From: Leucoraja ocellata
Taxonomy: Eukaryota
DNA: 64,000 bases
Assembly (NCBI GenBank): GCA_036785375.1
Contig: JAWMAR010001015.1
Span: 248,001 to 312,000 of the forward strand
Direction of reading: 5' to 3'
The translations under genes were made by a program, and so were the position numbers. Below the pieces are notes generated by a model. It was not told the DNA's origin, did not search any database, and saw only the letters and a program-made list of their open reading frames with translations. This document shows positions 13,198 through 24,848 of this stretch, in pieces (positions within the stretch are counted from its first letter, which is position 1; the number at the start of each line of letters is the position of its first letter).

Positions 13198-14460
13198 CAA
13201 ATAATCATTATAGTACAAATGTGCATTCATTGTTTACAATACTCTCAACCCCACGCGGTGCCCAGTGCCCACGGACGGCCTCCAGAGTCCCCGTGGACAC
13301 CGCGTGTTCCCTCTCCAGGGACACACGTGCACGGACATAGGCCCGAAAGAGGGGCAGGCATCCGACCCTAGCCTGACCCTCAACTGCCCACTGCCTGGAC
13401 CCGCGAGTGGCCATCTTGGCCAGGCCCAGGAGCAATCCGACAGGGAAGTCCCACTCCACCCCCCTACTTGGCTCTCCCCACACCCTGCCTTGTGTCCAAA
13501 CACAAGAATCGTAGGACTAAAATGTAACCAGAGCTTGAGGAACAACCCTTTCATATATATAACAATAGGAACAAACTCCCTTCCTGGCTGCAGAAAATAC
13601 AGGTGGTAGACGAGCCCGTGAACCGACTCTAAAGTTTATTACATGCCACCGCTCTATGCAGCACTCTCCACCCCAGGTCCCCAATGTAAAGGGGGACAAC
13701 TCCCTTATAGATGGACCCCCACTGGGGACCTTTCCCACCTTTGGGTGGGAACACAGACTGCCATGGTGTGTCAGGACGGGAGATGAAGGCAAGGAGGTGC
13801 GGAAAGTACAGGGACATTCTGTACAGTGAGCGTCTCTTCGCATCACGAAACGGCACGCTGGTCATCTCAGAGAGGCGGCTCAGGTTGTGTGGAGCCGGTT
13901 CCCAAGAAATATCCCAGAGTCGAGGCCCGATGAGCAGATCTGATGATGCGGGTGAAAGCTCATTCAGAACCACTCTAGGCACGCGCCTCTCCTCAACACT
14001 CGCCATGACAGAGTGAGGACCAGCCACTCCCGCAGCCGCAACATCCCCTTCCCCTCGTGGAACGACACGCTGGCTGAAAACAGCCAAATTCCTCACTCTT
14101 AGCACATCCCAGTAGCAAACAGGCAAGCCCCTTAGGGTGGGTCGACTGATGCCCGCCACCGGGAGCCGTGAGACCCCCTTAGGCAACGACCCCGACGGAA
14201 ACAATACGTGGCCAAAGCATGCCATCTGGAGGGGTTCTCTACATACATGTATCTCCGCAGAGTCCTGAGATGGAGAGCCGCCACCTGAGTACGCACGCAT
14301 ACCAAGGACTGGCCGCCCTCCTCTAACGGGAGACTCAGAACCGCTGCGGAAACCCAGTGCTTCCTATTTCCCCAAAATAAATCCACCAGCTTCCTCTGTA
14401 AAGCAATTACAAATATGGAAGGCGGGACAAGAGTAGCCAGCTGCTACCATAACACGGATA
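13198..14460 (-). mobile_element. Tx1-clade LINE fragment, copy A (internally deleted; extreme 3' end at ~8890-8950)
   Basis: FWGNRKHWVSAAVLSLPLEEGGQSL and DLGWRVLHRAV. Colinear with 46484-47727; the segment ~47730-49257 is absent here. Confidence 0.8.
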
Positions 14461-14484
14461 CGTGTATTCCTTATGTGTATTCCT

Positions 14485-15200
14485 TACCTGAAATTGGAGA
14501 GTTCAATGTTCATTTCAGGTAGTCCTTGCTTTCTCACTCTTTCCCCTCCCCTTCCCAGCTCTCCCACAGCCCACAACCCACTGTCCCCGTCTCTTCCTTT
14601 CTTCTCCCCCCCCCTCCCCCACACTTCAGTCTGAGGAAGGGTCTCGACCTGAAACATCACCTATTCCTTCGCTCCGTAGATGCTGCCTCACCCACTGAGT
14701 TTCTCCAGCATTTTGTCTACCATTCGTGTCTAAACCCATGACTATAAGCTTCAGGGAAGAGCATCTGCTGACTTTACCTGGTCTTGTTATGTGACTCCAG
14801 GCCCCCAGTTATGTAGCCGACCCGTATCAGCTCTGAAATGGCCCTGGGAAACATCCAGTTCAAAGGCAGTTGTGGACGGGAAATAAATGTTAGTTCACTT
14901 CACTTGCACCTCCTCCAACCTCATCTACTGTATCCACTGTTCAAGGTGTGGACTCTTACACATCTGCGAGACCAAACGTAGACTGGGCGATCGTTTCGCT
15001 GAACACCTTCGCTCAGTCCGCCTGGACCAACCTGATCTCCCAGTTGCCAAACACTTTAATTCCCCGTCCCATTCCCACACTGACCTTTCTGTCCTGGACC
15101 TCCTCCACTGTCAGAGTGAGATGAAACACAAATTGGAGGAACAGCATCTCATATTTCACTTGGACAGCTTACAACCCAGCAATATGAATATTGATTTCAT
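14485..15200 (+). mobile_element. Penelope-like element fragments (pLTR piece ~14485-14720; GIY-YIG endonuclease piece ~14896-15198)
   Basis: FTCTSSNLIYCIHCSRCGLLHICETKRRLGDRFAEHLRSV..PVAKHFNS..LEEQHLIF..LQP..MNIDF, plus the tctgaggaagggtctcgacctgaaac motif and a short inverted piece at the left end. Confidence 0.8.
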
Positions 15201-15204
15201 GAAT

Positions 15205-15918
15205 TGTTTCCATGTCCCAGCTACACTAGTCCCACCTGCCTGTGTTAGGCCCACATCCTTCCAACCATGTCCTATCTATGTACCTGTCCAACTGTATCTT
15301 AAATATTGGGATAGTCCCAGCATCAACTACCTCCTCCGGCAGTTCATTCCATACACCCACCACCCTGTGTGGAAAAGTTTACCTCTCAGATTCCTATTCA
15401 ATCTTTTCCCCTACACCTTGAACCTATGTCTTCTGGTCCTCGATTCCCCTACTCTGGACAAAAGACTCTATGCATCCACCCAATCTATTCCTCTCATGAT
15501 TTTGTACACCTCTATAAGGTCACCATTCAACCTCCTGCGCTCCAAGGATTAGAGTCCCAGCCTACGTAACCTCTCCCTATAGCCGACCCTGATATCCTGG
15601 CAACATCCTCATAAATCTTCTCTGTACCCTTTCCAGCTTGTTGACATCTTCCCAATAACATTGTGCCCAGAACTGAACACAATACTCTAAATGTGGTCCC
15701 ATCAATGACATATAATAGACAATAAACAATAGGTGCAGGAATAGGCCATTCGGCCCTTCGAGCCAGCACCGCCACTCAATGCGATCATGGCTGATCATCC
15801 ACAATCAGTAGCCCGTTCCTGCCTCCTCCCCATATCCCCTGACTCCGCAATCTTTAAGAGCTCTCTCTTAAAAATATCCAGAGAACCTGGCTCCACCACC
15901 CTCTGAGGCAGAGAATTC
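15205..15918 (-). mobile_element. Mosaic of old CR1 3' fragments (further pieces ~17205-17345 and ~17575-18055; paralogs ~50010-50880 and ~51100-51590)
   Basis: PHLEYCVQFW, LERVQRRF.RMLPG and RGDLIEMYKI motifs. Confidence 0.75.
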
Positions 15919-15928
15919 GAACATGACC

Positions 15929-17197
15929 ATATAATAACCATATAACAATTACAGCACGGAAACAGGCCATCTCGACCCTTCTAGTCCGTGCCGAACACAT
16001 AATCTCCCCTAGTCTCATATACCTGCGCTCAGACCATAACCCTCCATTCCCTTCCCATCCATATAACTATCCAATTTATTTTTAAATGATAAAAACGAAC
16101 CTGCCTCCACCACCTTCACTGGAAGCTCATTCCACACAGCTACCACTCTCTGAGTAAAGAAGTTCCCTCTCATGTTACCCCTAAACTTCAGTCCCTTAAT
16201 TCTCAAGTCATGTCCCCTTGTTTGAATCTTCCCTACTCTCAGTGGGAAAAGCTTTTCCACGTCAACTCTGTCTATCCCTCTCATCATTTTAAAAACCTCT
16301 ATCAAGTCCCCCCTTAACCTTCTGCGCTCCAAAGAATAAAGCTCTAACTTGTTCAACCTTTCTCTGTAACTTAGTTGCTGAAACCCAGGCAACATTCTAG
16401 TAAATCTCCTCTGTACTCTCTCTATTTTGTTGACATCCTTCCTATAATTAGGCGACCAAAAATGACACCATACTCCAGAATTGGCCTCACCAATGCCTTG
16501 TACAATTTTAACAGTACATCCCAACTTCTATACTCAATGCTCTGATTTATAAAGGCCAGCACACCAAAAGCTTTCTTTACCACCCTATCTACATGAGATT
16601 CCACTTTCAGGGAACTGTGCACAGTTATTCCCAGATCCCTCTGTTCACCTACATTCTTCAATTCCATACCATTTACCATGTACGTCCTATTTTGATTTGT
16701 CCTGCCAAGATGTAGCACCTCACACTTATCAGCATTAAACTCCATCTGCCATCTTTCAGCCCACTCTTCCAACTGGCATAAATCTCTCTGTAGACTTTGA
16801 AACTCTACTTCATTACCCGCAACCCCACCTATCTTAGTATCATCTGCATACTTACTAATCCAATTTACCACACCATCATCCAGATCATTGATGTACATGA
16901 CAAAAAACAGTGGACCCAACACAGATCCCTGTGGCACCCCACTCGTCACTGGCCTCAAACCTGACAAACAACCATCCACCATTACTCTCTGGCATCTCCC
17001 ATTCAGCCACTGTTGAATCCATCTTGCTACTCCACCATTAATACCCAACCATTGAACCTTCTTAACCAACCTTCCATGAGGAACCTTGTCAAAGGCCTTA
17101 CTGAAGTCCATATACACAACATCCACTGCTTTACCCTCATCAATTTCCCGAGTAACATCTTCAAAAAATTCAAGAAGATTAGTTAAACATGACCTTC
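15929..17197 (-). mobile_element. CR1 LINE, 5'-truncated, private to copy A
   Basis: RT motifs DFSKAFDKVPH, GVPQGSVLGP and YADD, with an ATATGGTT tail. TSD catgacc (15922-15928, 17198-17204); the empty site is present in copy B at ~50724. Confidence 0.92.
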
Positions 17198-18122
17198 CAT
17201 GACCTCTCAACTTCTATTCTCAATACACTGACTGATGAATCCAATGTGTCAAAAGTATTTTTGACCACCCGAACTATCTGCGACTCCACCTTCAAGGAAC
17301 CATGCACCTGTAATCCTAGATCCCTCTGTTCTACAACACTCCCCGCAGGCCTACCATTGTCTGGTCATGCCCCAATGTCTTTTCCCAGAGGTGTGTTCCT
17401 CCAATACCTGGCCCCATGGGCTTTCCTGCAATGTTTGGCCCTCTGACCTATGCCATTTGGATCAGGTGCTGGAGTTGACTCTTCAGTATCAGTTGTATTC
17501 TTTTCGGAACCTGTTCATGTACTCCTCTCCTGATGCGTTTTAGCCCAGTATCTGGTGTATTTGGTGCACTCATAGAGTCATAGATTAATACAGTGCGGAA
17601 ACAGGCCCTTCGGCCCAACATGCCCACACCGGCCAACAATGTCCCAACTACCCTAGTCCCACTTGTCTGCACTTGGTCCATATCCCTCCAAACCTGCCCT
17701 ACCCATGTACCTGTCCAACTGTTTCTTAAACGATGGACTACCTCCTCTGGCAGTTTGTTCCATACACCCACCAACCTCTGTGTGAAAAAGTTACCCCTCG
17801 ATTCCTTTTAAATCTTTTCCCCTTCACCTTGAACCCATGTCCACTGGTCCTCGATTCCCCTACTCTGGGTAAAAGACTCTGTGCACCCACCCGATCTATT
17901 CCTCTTATGATTTTGTACATCTCTATAAGATCACCCCTCATCCTCGTACGCTCCATAGAATAAAGACCCACCCTGCTCAACCTCTCCCTGTAGCTCACAC
18001 CCTCGAGTCCTGGCAACATCCTGGCAACATCCTCGTAAAAGTCCTGGCAACATCCTCAGCTGAAGTCCCTAAAGTGATGAGTAAAATGATGATCAACTCC
18101 AAACATTTCATGTTTTTGTTAT

Positions 18123-18133
18123 TTTATTTTATT
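18123..18133 (-). promoter_or_regulatory. Candidate poly(A) signal, distal copy
   Basis: AATAAAATAAA on the minus strand, paralogous to 51651-51661. Confidence 0.45.
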
Positions 18134-18514
18134 TATGCATCTAATTTCAAATGAAAACATGCAGTTCTGCAGAAAAATTAAAAAATAAGCTGCAGACAAT
18201 GAGTTAAACAACATCTGCTTTACAAAACCTGATTGAGCAAGTCCCCAAGCATCGCCCCCCCCCCCCCCCCCCCACCCATCCAGCACATTGTTTCCTGTTC
18301 CTTCTCCCCTCCCCATGCCCCCTTCTTGCACCTAGGGCATCAGCGCATCCCTCCCCCTCCCACACTCACCTCTTCTCCTTCACTCATCACATTCCCATCT
18401 GCTCCCCTTACCCAAACATTAATCCTGCCTTCCTCTCCACTCCTGAATGCCACCCACTCCAGTGTCTTATACCCTGACATTTTCCCACTGTCATGTCCTA
18501 TCCTGTCCTTCACA

Positions 18515-18690
18515 CCCCCCCCACCCCCCCCCCCACCCCCCCCACCCCTCCCACCCACTCCCACCCCCCACCCACATCGCCCCACCCCCACCCCACCCGC
18601 CCACCCCCACCCCCCCCCGCCACTCGCCCCAATCCCACCCCCCCGCCCCACTTCGCCCCACCCCCCGCCCCACTCGCCCCACCCCCCTCA
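18515..18690. repeat. C-rich tract (G-rich on the Ig sense strand) in the putative 3' UTR, copy A
   Basis: Runs of C4-C11 separated by a/g, including ccccaccccccgcccactcg units. Confidence 0.85.
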
Positions 18691-18875
18691 ATCCCAACCA
18701 GTTTCTTCCCCAGCATCTCCAGTGCATTTCCAAGTTTATCTCCTGTAATGAGCGTTTGCAGAGCAGTAGCCTCAGATTGCCGAGTGAGTGAGTGAAAAGA
18801 CAAGGAGACTCCATTTTTCAACGTCAACAGCTGCATGGCGATCTCTTGAGTGAAGGTGGCGTGTGTGTCGGCTGG

Positions 18876-18887
18876 TCATTGTTGCAC
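18876..18887 (-). CDS. Candidate TM2 exon (VQQ*), duplicated distal copy
   Basis: Acceptor and GTG CAA CAA TGA are identical to 52334-52345. Confidence 0.55.
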   Translation of the reverse strand: MQQ

Positions 18888-19208
18888 CTGTAATATACAC
18901 AGGAAAGTTAGATATTGTGTGTGGCAAGGTGCAGCACAGATGGTGACCTGCAGGGACAGGCAAACTAAATAACAGACAGTCTGTCCTTAACCTCAGAGAT
19001 GGACCCTCATGGACAGGGGGTCTGCAACATTTCTAGGACCCTCGAGGATTGGTGGTTTGTGCATGTGTGTAGGAGATGGACCCTCATGGACAGGTGGTCT
19101 TTCATTAGTGGCCCAGGTCAACTCTAAGGGATACACAGTCTGAATGCCAGTTGTGGGCTGAAGAGAGGTCCCGTACTTGGGCACAGTTTCCAGATACGGA
19201 GTACCCTG

Positions 19209-19521
19209 TTAGTTGTAGTTTAGTGATACAGCATCAAACAAGCCCTTCAGCCCAGGGAGACTGCGCCGACCAGCGATCCCTGCACATTAACACTACCCTA
19301 CACACACTATGGACAATTTTTTTACATTTACATCAAGCCAATTAACCTACAAACCTGTACATCTTTGGAGTTTGGGAGGAAACCGAAGATGTCGGAGAAT
19401 ACCTACGCATGTCACGGGGAGAACGTACAAACTCTGTACAGACAGCACCCGTAGTCAGGATGGAACCCAGATCTCTGGCACGGTAAGGCAGCAGCTCTAT
19501 CGCTGAGCCACCGTGATGCCC
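19209..19521 (-). mobile_element. V-SINE (HE1-like) in the TM1-TM2 intron, copy A
   Basis: Reverse complement shows ggtggctcagcgatagagctgctgcc, a B box and the V-domain. Confidence 0.82.
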
Positions 19522-19679
19522 AACATTTGATATGAATACAACGTTTGTTTGATTTCCTTGTTTGAGCCCAGGGTCATTGCCCCAAATACCTAACATTCTA
19601 TGAATGTTTGCTGTATCAAGGCCCAGAGGACAGGAGTAAAGTGGAAAGGTTCAAAGACCAGGGGGATGTGAAGGGTCCC

Positions 19680-20977
19680 ATAGAAACATAGAAAATAGGT
19701 GCAGGAGGAGGCCATTCGGCCCTTCAAGCCAGCACCGCCATTCATTGTGATCATGGTTGATCACCCCCAATTAATAACCCGTGCCTGCCTTCCCCCCATA
19801 TCCCTTGATTCCACCAGCCCCTAGAGCCCTATCTAACTCTCTCTTAAATCCACCCAGTGATTTGGCCTCCTCTGTGGTAGGGACTTCCACAAATTCACAA
19901 CTCACTGGGTGAAAGAGTTTTTTCTCACCTCAGTTATGGCCTCCCCATTATGGCCTCCCCATTATTCTCAGACTGAGGCCCTTGGGTCTGGACTCGCCAA
20001 TATTGGGAACATTTTTTCCTGCATCTAGCTTGTCCAGTCCTTTTATAATTTTATATGTTTCTATAAGATCTCCCCCTCATCGTTCTAAACACCAGCGTCC
20101 TTCCTCAAATTAGGAGACTAAAGCAGTATACAATACTCCAGATGTGGTCTTACCAGAGCCCTATACAACTGCAGAAGAACCTCTCTACTCCTATACTGAA
20201 ATCCTCTTGTTATGAAGGCCAACATTCCATTAGCTTTCTTCACGGCCTGCTGTACCTGCCTGCCACCTTTCAGTGACTGGTGTACAAGGACACCCAGGTC
20301 TCGCTGTACATCCCCCTCACCTAACCCCATTGAGATAATAATCTGTCCCCTTGTTTTTGCCACCAAAGTGGATAACCTCACATTTATCTATATTATACTG
20401 CATCTGCCACGCATCTGCCCACTCACTCAACCTGTCCAGGTTACCCTGCAACCTCCTAAGATCCTCTTCACAGTTCACACTGCCACCCAGCTTAGTGTCA
20501 TCCGCAAACTTGGTAGTGTTGCTCCTAATTCCCTCTTCCAAATCATTAATATATATGGTAAACAGTTGTGGCCCCAACACCGAGCTTTGCGGCACTCCAC
20601 TCGCCACTGCCTGCCATTCTGAAAAGGACCCGTTCTTTCCTACTCTTTGCTTCCGGTCTGCCAACCAGTTTTCTATCCATGTCAACCCCCAATACCATGT
20701 GCTCTAATTTTAGTCCTTTAGTACCTTTAGCCCACTGTACCCTTGGCTCACTGTACCTTTACTAAAGCACTGTACCTTTAGCCCACTGTACCCTTGGCTC
20801 ACTGTACCTTTACTAAAACACTGTACATTTCTCACCTTTCACATCGATCCCTATTACTCTCTTATCCCTTTGTGAGCTTTCTTTCCCTTTAATTCTGGGG
20901 TCATTAACTATCCCTTTACTCCCTTTCCCTTTAACTCCGGCCCTGACTATCCCATTTGACACCCCCCTCCCCTTATT
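19680..20977 (-). mobile_element. CR1 LINE in the TM1-TM2 intron, copy A (internally deleted)
   Basis: RT C-terminal motifs and a CTATGTTT tail. It lacks the part corresponding to ~54187-56985, and filler sequence sits at 20716-20826. Confidence 0.85.
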
Positions 20978-21107
20978 GTCCCAGACTGCATCATCTGTTG
21001 GCCGTGGTGTGGTGAGGATTGATGAGTCAGAGAACACAGTGTAGTGAGGAATGGACGGTCACAGTGTGGGGGGGTCACAAAGTATCTTTGTCGTTGGTCA
21101 TCGTTAC

Positions 21108-21247
21108 CTTGACAACAGTGACGAAGGTACTGTAGAGGAAACTGATAATGAACAGGATGGCTAAGGCAGCAACTGTGAGCACATTGTCATCTCCATCCAA
21201 GTCCCCTGACTCCACCTTCCCTTCCTCACCTGTCAATTCTGTGCCGG
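21108..21247 (-). CDS. IgW: Ig transmembrane exon TM1, duplicated distal copy (usage unknown)
   Basis: Same 140-nt exon with identical splice sites and 5 substitutions. Encodes GTELTGEEGKVESGDLDGDDNVLTVAALAILFIISFLYSTFVTVVK with no stop or frameshift. Confidence 0.85.
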
Positions 21248-21774
21248 CTTCAGGACAAATGAGAAGGTGAGACAGTTAGTTTGCCGCCGATGTTTTGTGA
21301 AGATCAACAACGTGTGAATAAAATGAAGACAACAGGAGGACAGGAAGACAGGAGGCTTGGGTCAGTTCCACCGTTCAATGATATGTGGAGATCTATCACC
21401 AGCTCCACTGAGCTGACTTTCCCCCACATCCATTAACATCGCGTATAGTCAAACTCTGCAATCTCAGATATAAAATCACCTTCACACCTGGAACCAAATA
21501 CTAATTGTGGAAGGCAATTCCAAACTTCCATGAACCTCTGATAGACACAAAAAGCTGGAGTAACTCAGTTGCACAGGCAGTATCTCTGGAGAGAAGGAAT
21601 GGGTGAGGTTTCACGTCGAGACCCTTCTTCAGATGCCATGACCCACTTCATGTAGCATGGCTACCTCTAACCTTTAGACCCTGTACTTTGTATAAAGTTG
21701 GATTTCCATAAATCAGGGAGATCATTTGTAACCCAGGGAGCACTGTATACAACTAAAAAATAATTCCTCCTCAT

Positions 21775-22070
21775 CTAGTTAGTTTAGTTTATTGTCACGT
21801 GTACCAAGGTACAGTGAAATGCTTTTGTTGCATGCTAACCATTCAGCGGAAAGGCAAAACATGATTACAAATGAGTCATTCACAGTGTATACATACATGA
21901 TAAGGGATTAATGTTTAGTACAAGGTAAAACCAGTAAAGTCCAGTCAAAGATAGTCCGAGGGTCTCCAGTGAGGGAGATAGTAGTTCAGGACCACTCTCT
22001 GGATGTGGTGGGATGATTCAGTTGCCTGATAACAGCTGGGAAGAAACTGTCCCTGAATGTGGAGGTGTGT
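21775..22070 (-). mobile_element. Rex1/Babar-like 3' fragment with (CTAAA)n tail; paralog ~57933-58230
   Basis: TSTFRDSFFPAVIRQLN followed by a 3' UTR with aataaa and a pentamer tail. Confidence 0.7.
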
Positions 22071-22249
22071 AAATAGATCTTCACAGGATAATCTATTCTG
22101 TTAGCTCCCATTAACTTTGTGAAAACATCAAACAAAACTTCCTTTAGCCTTCTAAATGACAACTTGTTCAGCATCATGAAAGTAAGCATGCAGGTAGGTA
22201 CAGCAGGTACAAATCTCACCACCATATTATAATTATCGAGCTGTATTTG

Positions 22250-23775
22250 AGGGGAGGGAAGAGAGGGAGGGATGGAGATATGAGGGGAGGAAAGAGAAGG
22301 GGTTATGAGGGGATAGGAGAGGGGAGGAGATGAGTGGAGAGGTGAGGAGGGAGGAGGAGTAGTGGGGAGGAGGAGAGGAGGGGAGAGGAGAGGGGTAGAG
22401 AGGAGAGGAGGGGAGGCGGGGAGAGGAGGGGACAGACAAGGTAGAGAAGAGCGGAGGGGAGGGTTAAGGCTAGTGGAGAAGAGAGGAGAGGGAGTGGAGG
22501 AGAGGAGAGATGAGAGAAGAAAGGTAGTGAAGAGGAAGGCGGGGAGCGTGAAAGGAGGAGGAGAGGGGACAGGAGGAGAGGAGAGGACAAAAGACAATAG
22601 ACAATAGGAGTAGGGGGGGAGAGGAGGGAGAAAGGAGGGAGGGGAGAGGGAAGGAGAGGGGATGTGGGGAGAGCGGAAGAAAGGAGAGAACAAAGGGGAG
22701 GAGAGGGGAGAAGGGGGGAGGAGGGGAGGGAGTGTACAGGAGAGAAGAGAGGAGAGGGGAGAAACGAGAGGGGAGGGGAGGACAGAAGTAGGAAGTAGAT
22801 GAGGAGAGGAGGGGAGAGGTGAGAAGAGGGGAGTAGAGGAAATGACGGGAGAGGAGATGAGGGAAGAGGGGGAGGGATGAGGGGAGAGGAGCTTTGAGGG
22901 GAGAGGTAAGGAAGGGAGGGGGAGGGAATGAGAGTAGAAAACCTCTCAACACAATATCACAATGATCTTTTGTGATGAATGGGAAGAGGGGAGGGGAGGA
23001 GAAGAGAGGGGATGGGATTGTAGATGGGAGGATAGAGGAAGAAAAGGAGATGAGGGTAGTAGATGTGGTGAGGAGGGAAATGGGGCGGAGAGGAGAGGAG
23101 GGGGGAAGGGAGGGGAGGAGATGGGAGGAGGGTAGGTGCGAAAGGGGAAAGAGATGGGAGAGGAGGGTGAGGGCAGGGGAGGTGAGGAGGGAGGGGTGAT
23201 GGTAGAAGAGAGGGTGGGTGGGGAGGGAGGCGAGGGGAGGGGAGAGGGTGGGAGGGAGAGGAGAGGGACAGGTGCAGAGGGAGGGAGGGGAGGTGAGAGG
23301 GAGAGGGAGCAGGGCAGGATTATCACTCCCTCCTCTACGTTTCAATTTTCTTTTGCGCTGATCTGGATTAAACACATCCTGATCTGATCACAAAATCATT
23401 TGGCGTCCAGGAAATCAACGTCTCTGACGCACATCCTCCATTTTATTCCCAGCTAGAGGGGGGGGGAGATAGAGAGGGGAGAGAGAGATGAGGGAGAGAG
23501 GAGGGAGAGAGGAGGAGTGAGACAGGGGCGCAAGAGGAGAGAAAGAGGATGGTGAGAGAGGAAGAGGGTAGAGAGAGGGGCAGANNNNNNNNNNNNNNNN
23601 NNNNNNNNNNNNNNNNNNNNNNNNNNNNNNNNNNNNNNNNNNNNNNNNNNNNNNNNNNNNNNNNNNNNNNNNNNNNNNNNNNNNNNNNNNNNNNNNNNNN
23701 NNNNNNNNNNNNNNNNNNNNNNNNNNNNNNNNNNNNNNNGGGGGCAAGAGAGAGGGGGGTGAGAAAGATGGGGGA
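22250..23775. repeat. Polypurine tract, copy B (contains N gap 23585-23739)
   Basis: Paralogous to 5660-7015. Confidence 0.88.
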
Positions 23776-24544
23776 GAGAGTTGTCTGGACTCGAGGGGTC
23801 TGAGCTACAGGGAGAGGTTGGGACAGTAAGCGACTCTATTCCTTGGAGGACAGGAGCATGAGGGGTGATCTTATGGAGGTGTACAATCATGAGGGGAATA
23901 GATCAGGCAGACGCACAGAATCTCTTGCCCAGAGCTGGGGAATGGAGAAACAGAGGGCACGGGTTTAAGGTGGGAGAGGAGGTGAAAGATGAAAGATTTA
24001 ATAGGAACCTGAGGGGTAACTTTTCCACACAGAGAGTGCTGGGTGCATGGAACGAGCTGCCGGAGGATGTAATTGAGGCAGGGAGTATCACATTTGGACA
24101 GGTACATGGACAGGGCAGGTTTGGAGGGATATGGACCAAATGCAGGCAGGTGGTACTAGTGTAGATGTGACATGTTGGCCGATGTGGGCAAGTTGGGCCA
24201 AAGGGCCTGTTTCCACGCTGTATTATTCCAGGGAAGAAACTGTCCCTGAATCTGGAGATGTGCGTTTTAACACTTTTGTACCTCTTGCCCGATGGGAGAC
24301 AGGACAAGAGGGAGTGACTGGGCTGAGACTGGTCCTTGATTATGCTGCTGGTTTTGCCGAGGCAGTGTGAGGTGTAGATGGAGTTGATGGAAGTGAGGTT
24401 GGTTTGTGTTGGATGGTCGGTACTGCATCCACAACTCTGTGATTTCTTGCGGCTCTTTGGATGGAACTGTTCCCAAACCGTGCTGTGATCCATCCCGATA
24501 AGATGCATTCCACGGCGCATCTGTAGAAGTTGGTGAGAGCTGTA

Positions 24545-24848
24545 GGGACAGCATGACGGCGCAGCGGTAGAGTTACTGCCTCTCAGCACATGAGACCTGG
24601 GTTTGATCCTGACTACAGGTGCTGTCTGTACGGAGTTTGCATGTTCTTCCCGTGACCTGCGTGAATTTTCTCCGGGTGCTCCGGAACCCTCCCACACTCC
24701 AAAGACGTTAATTGGCTTCGGTAAAATTAGTAAATTGTCCCTAGTGTGTGTAGAATAGTGTTGGTGTTAGTCGCTGTTCAATGCGGACTCAGTGGGACGA
24801 AGGGCCTGTTTCTGTGCTGTGCTGTGCTCTAAACTAAACTAAATTAAA
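24545..24848 (+). mobile_element. V-SINE (HE1-like), paralog of 7782-8085
   Basis: Near-identical sequence in duplication copy B. Confidence 0.85.

Larger units (their letters stand above)
5620..22207. repeat. Tandem segmental duplication, copy A
   Basis: Colinear with 22209-58366 in the order GA tract, SINE, Tx1, Penelope, TM2, SINE, CR1, TM1, at a few percent divergence. Starts at acaaatctcaccaccatattataatt and ends at aggtaggtacagcagg. Confidence 0.93.
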
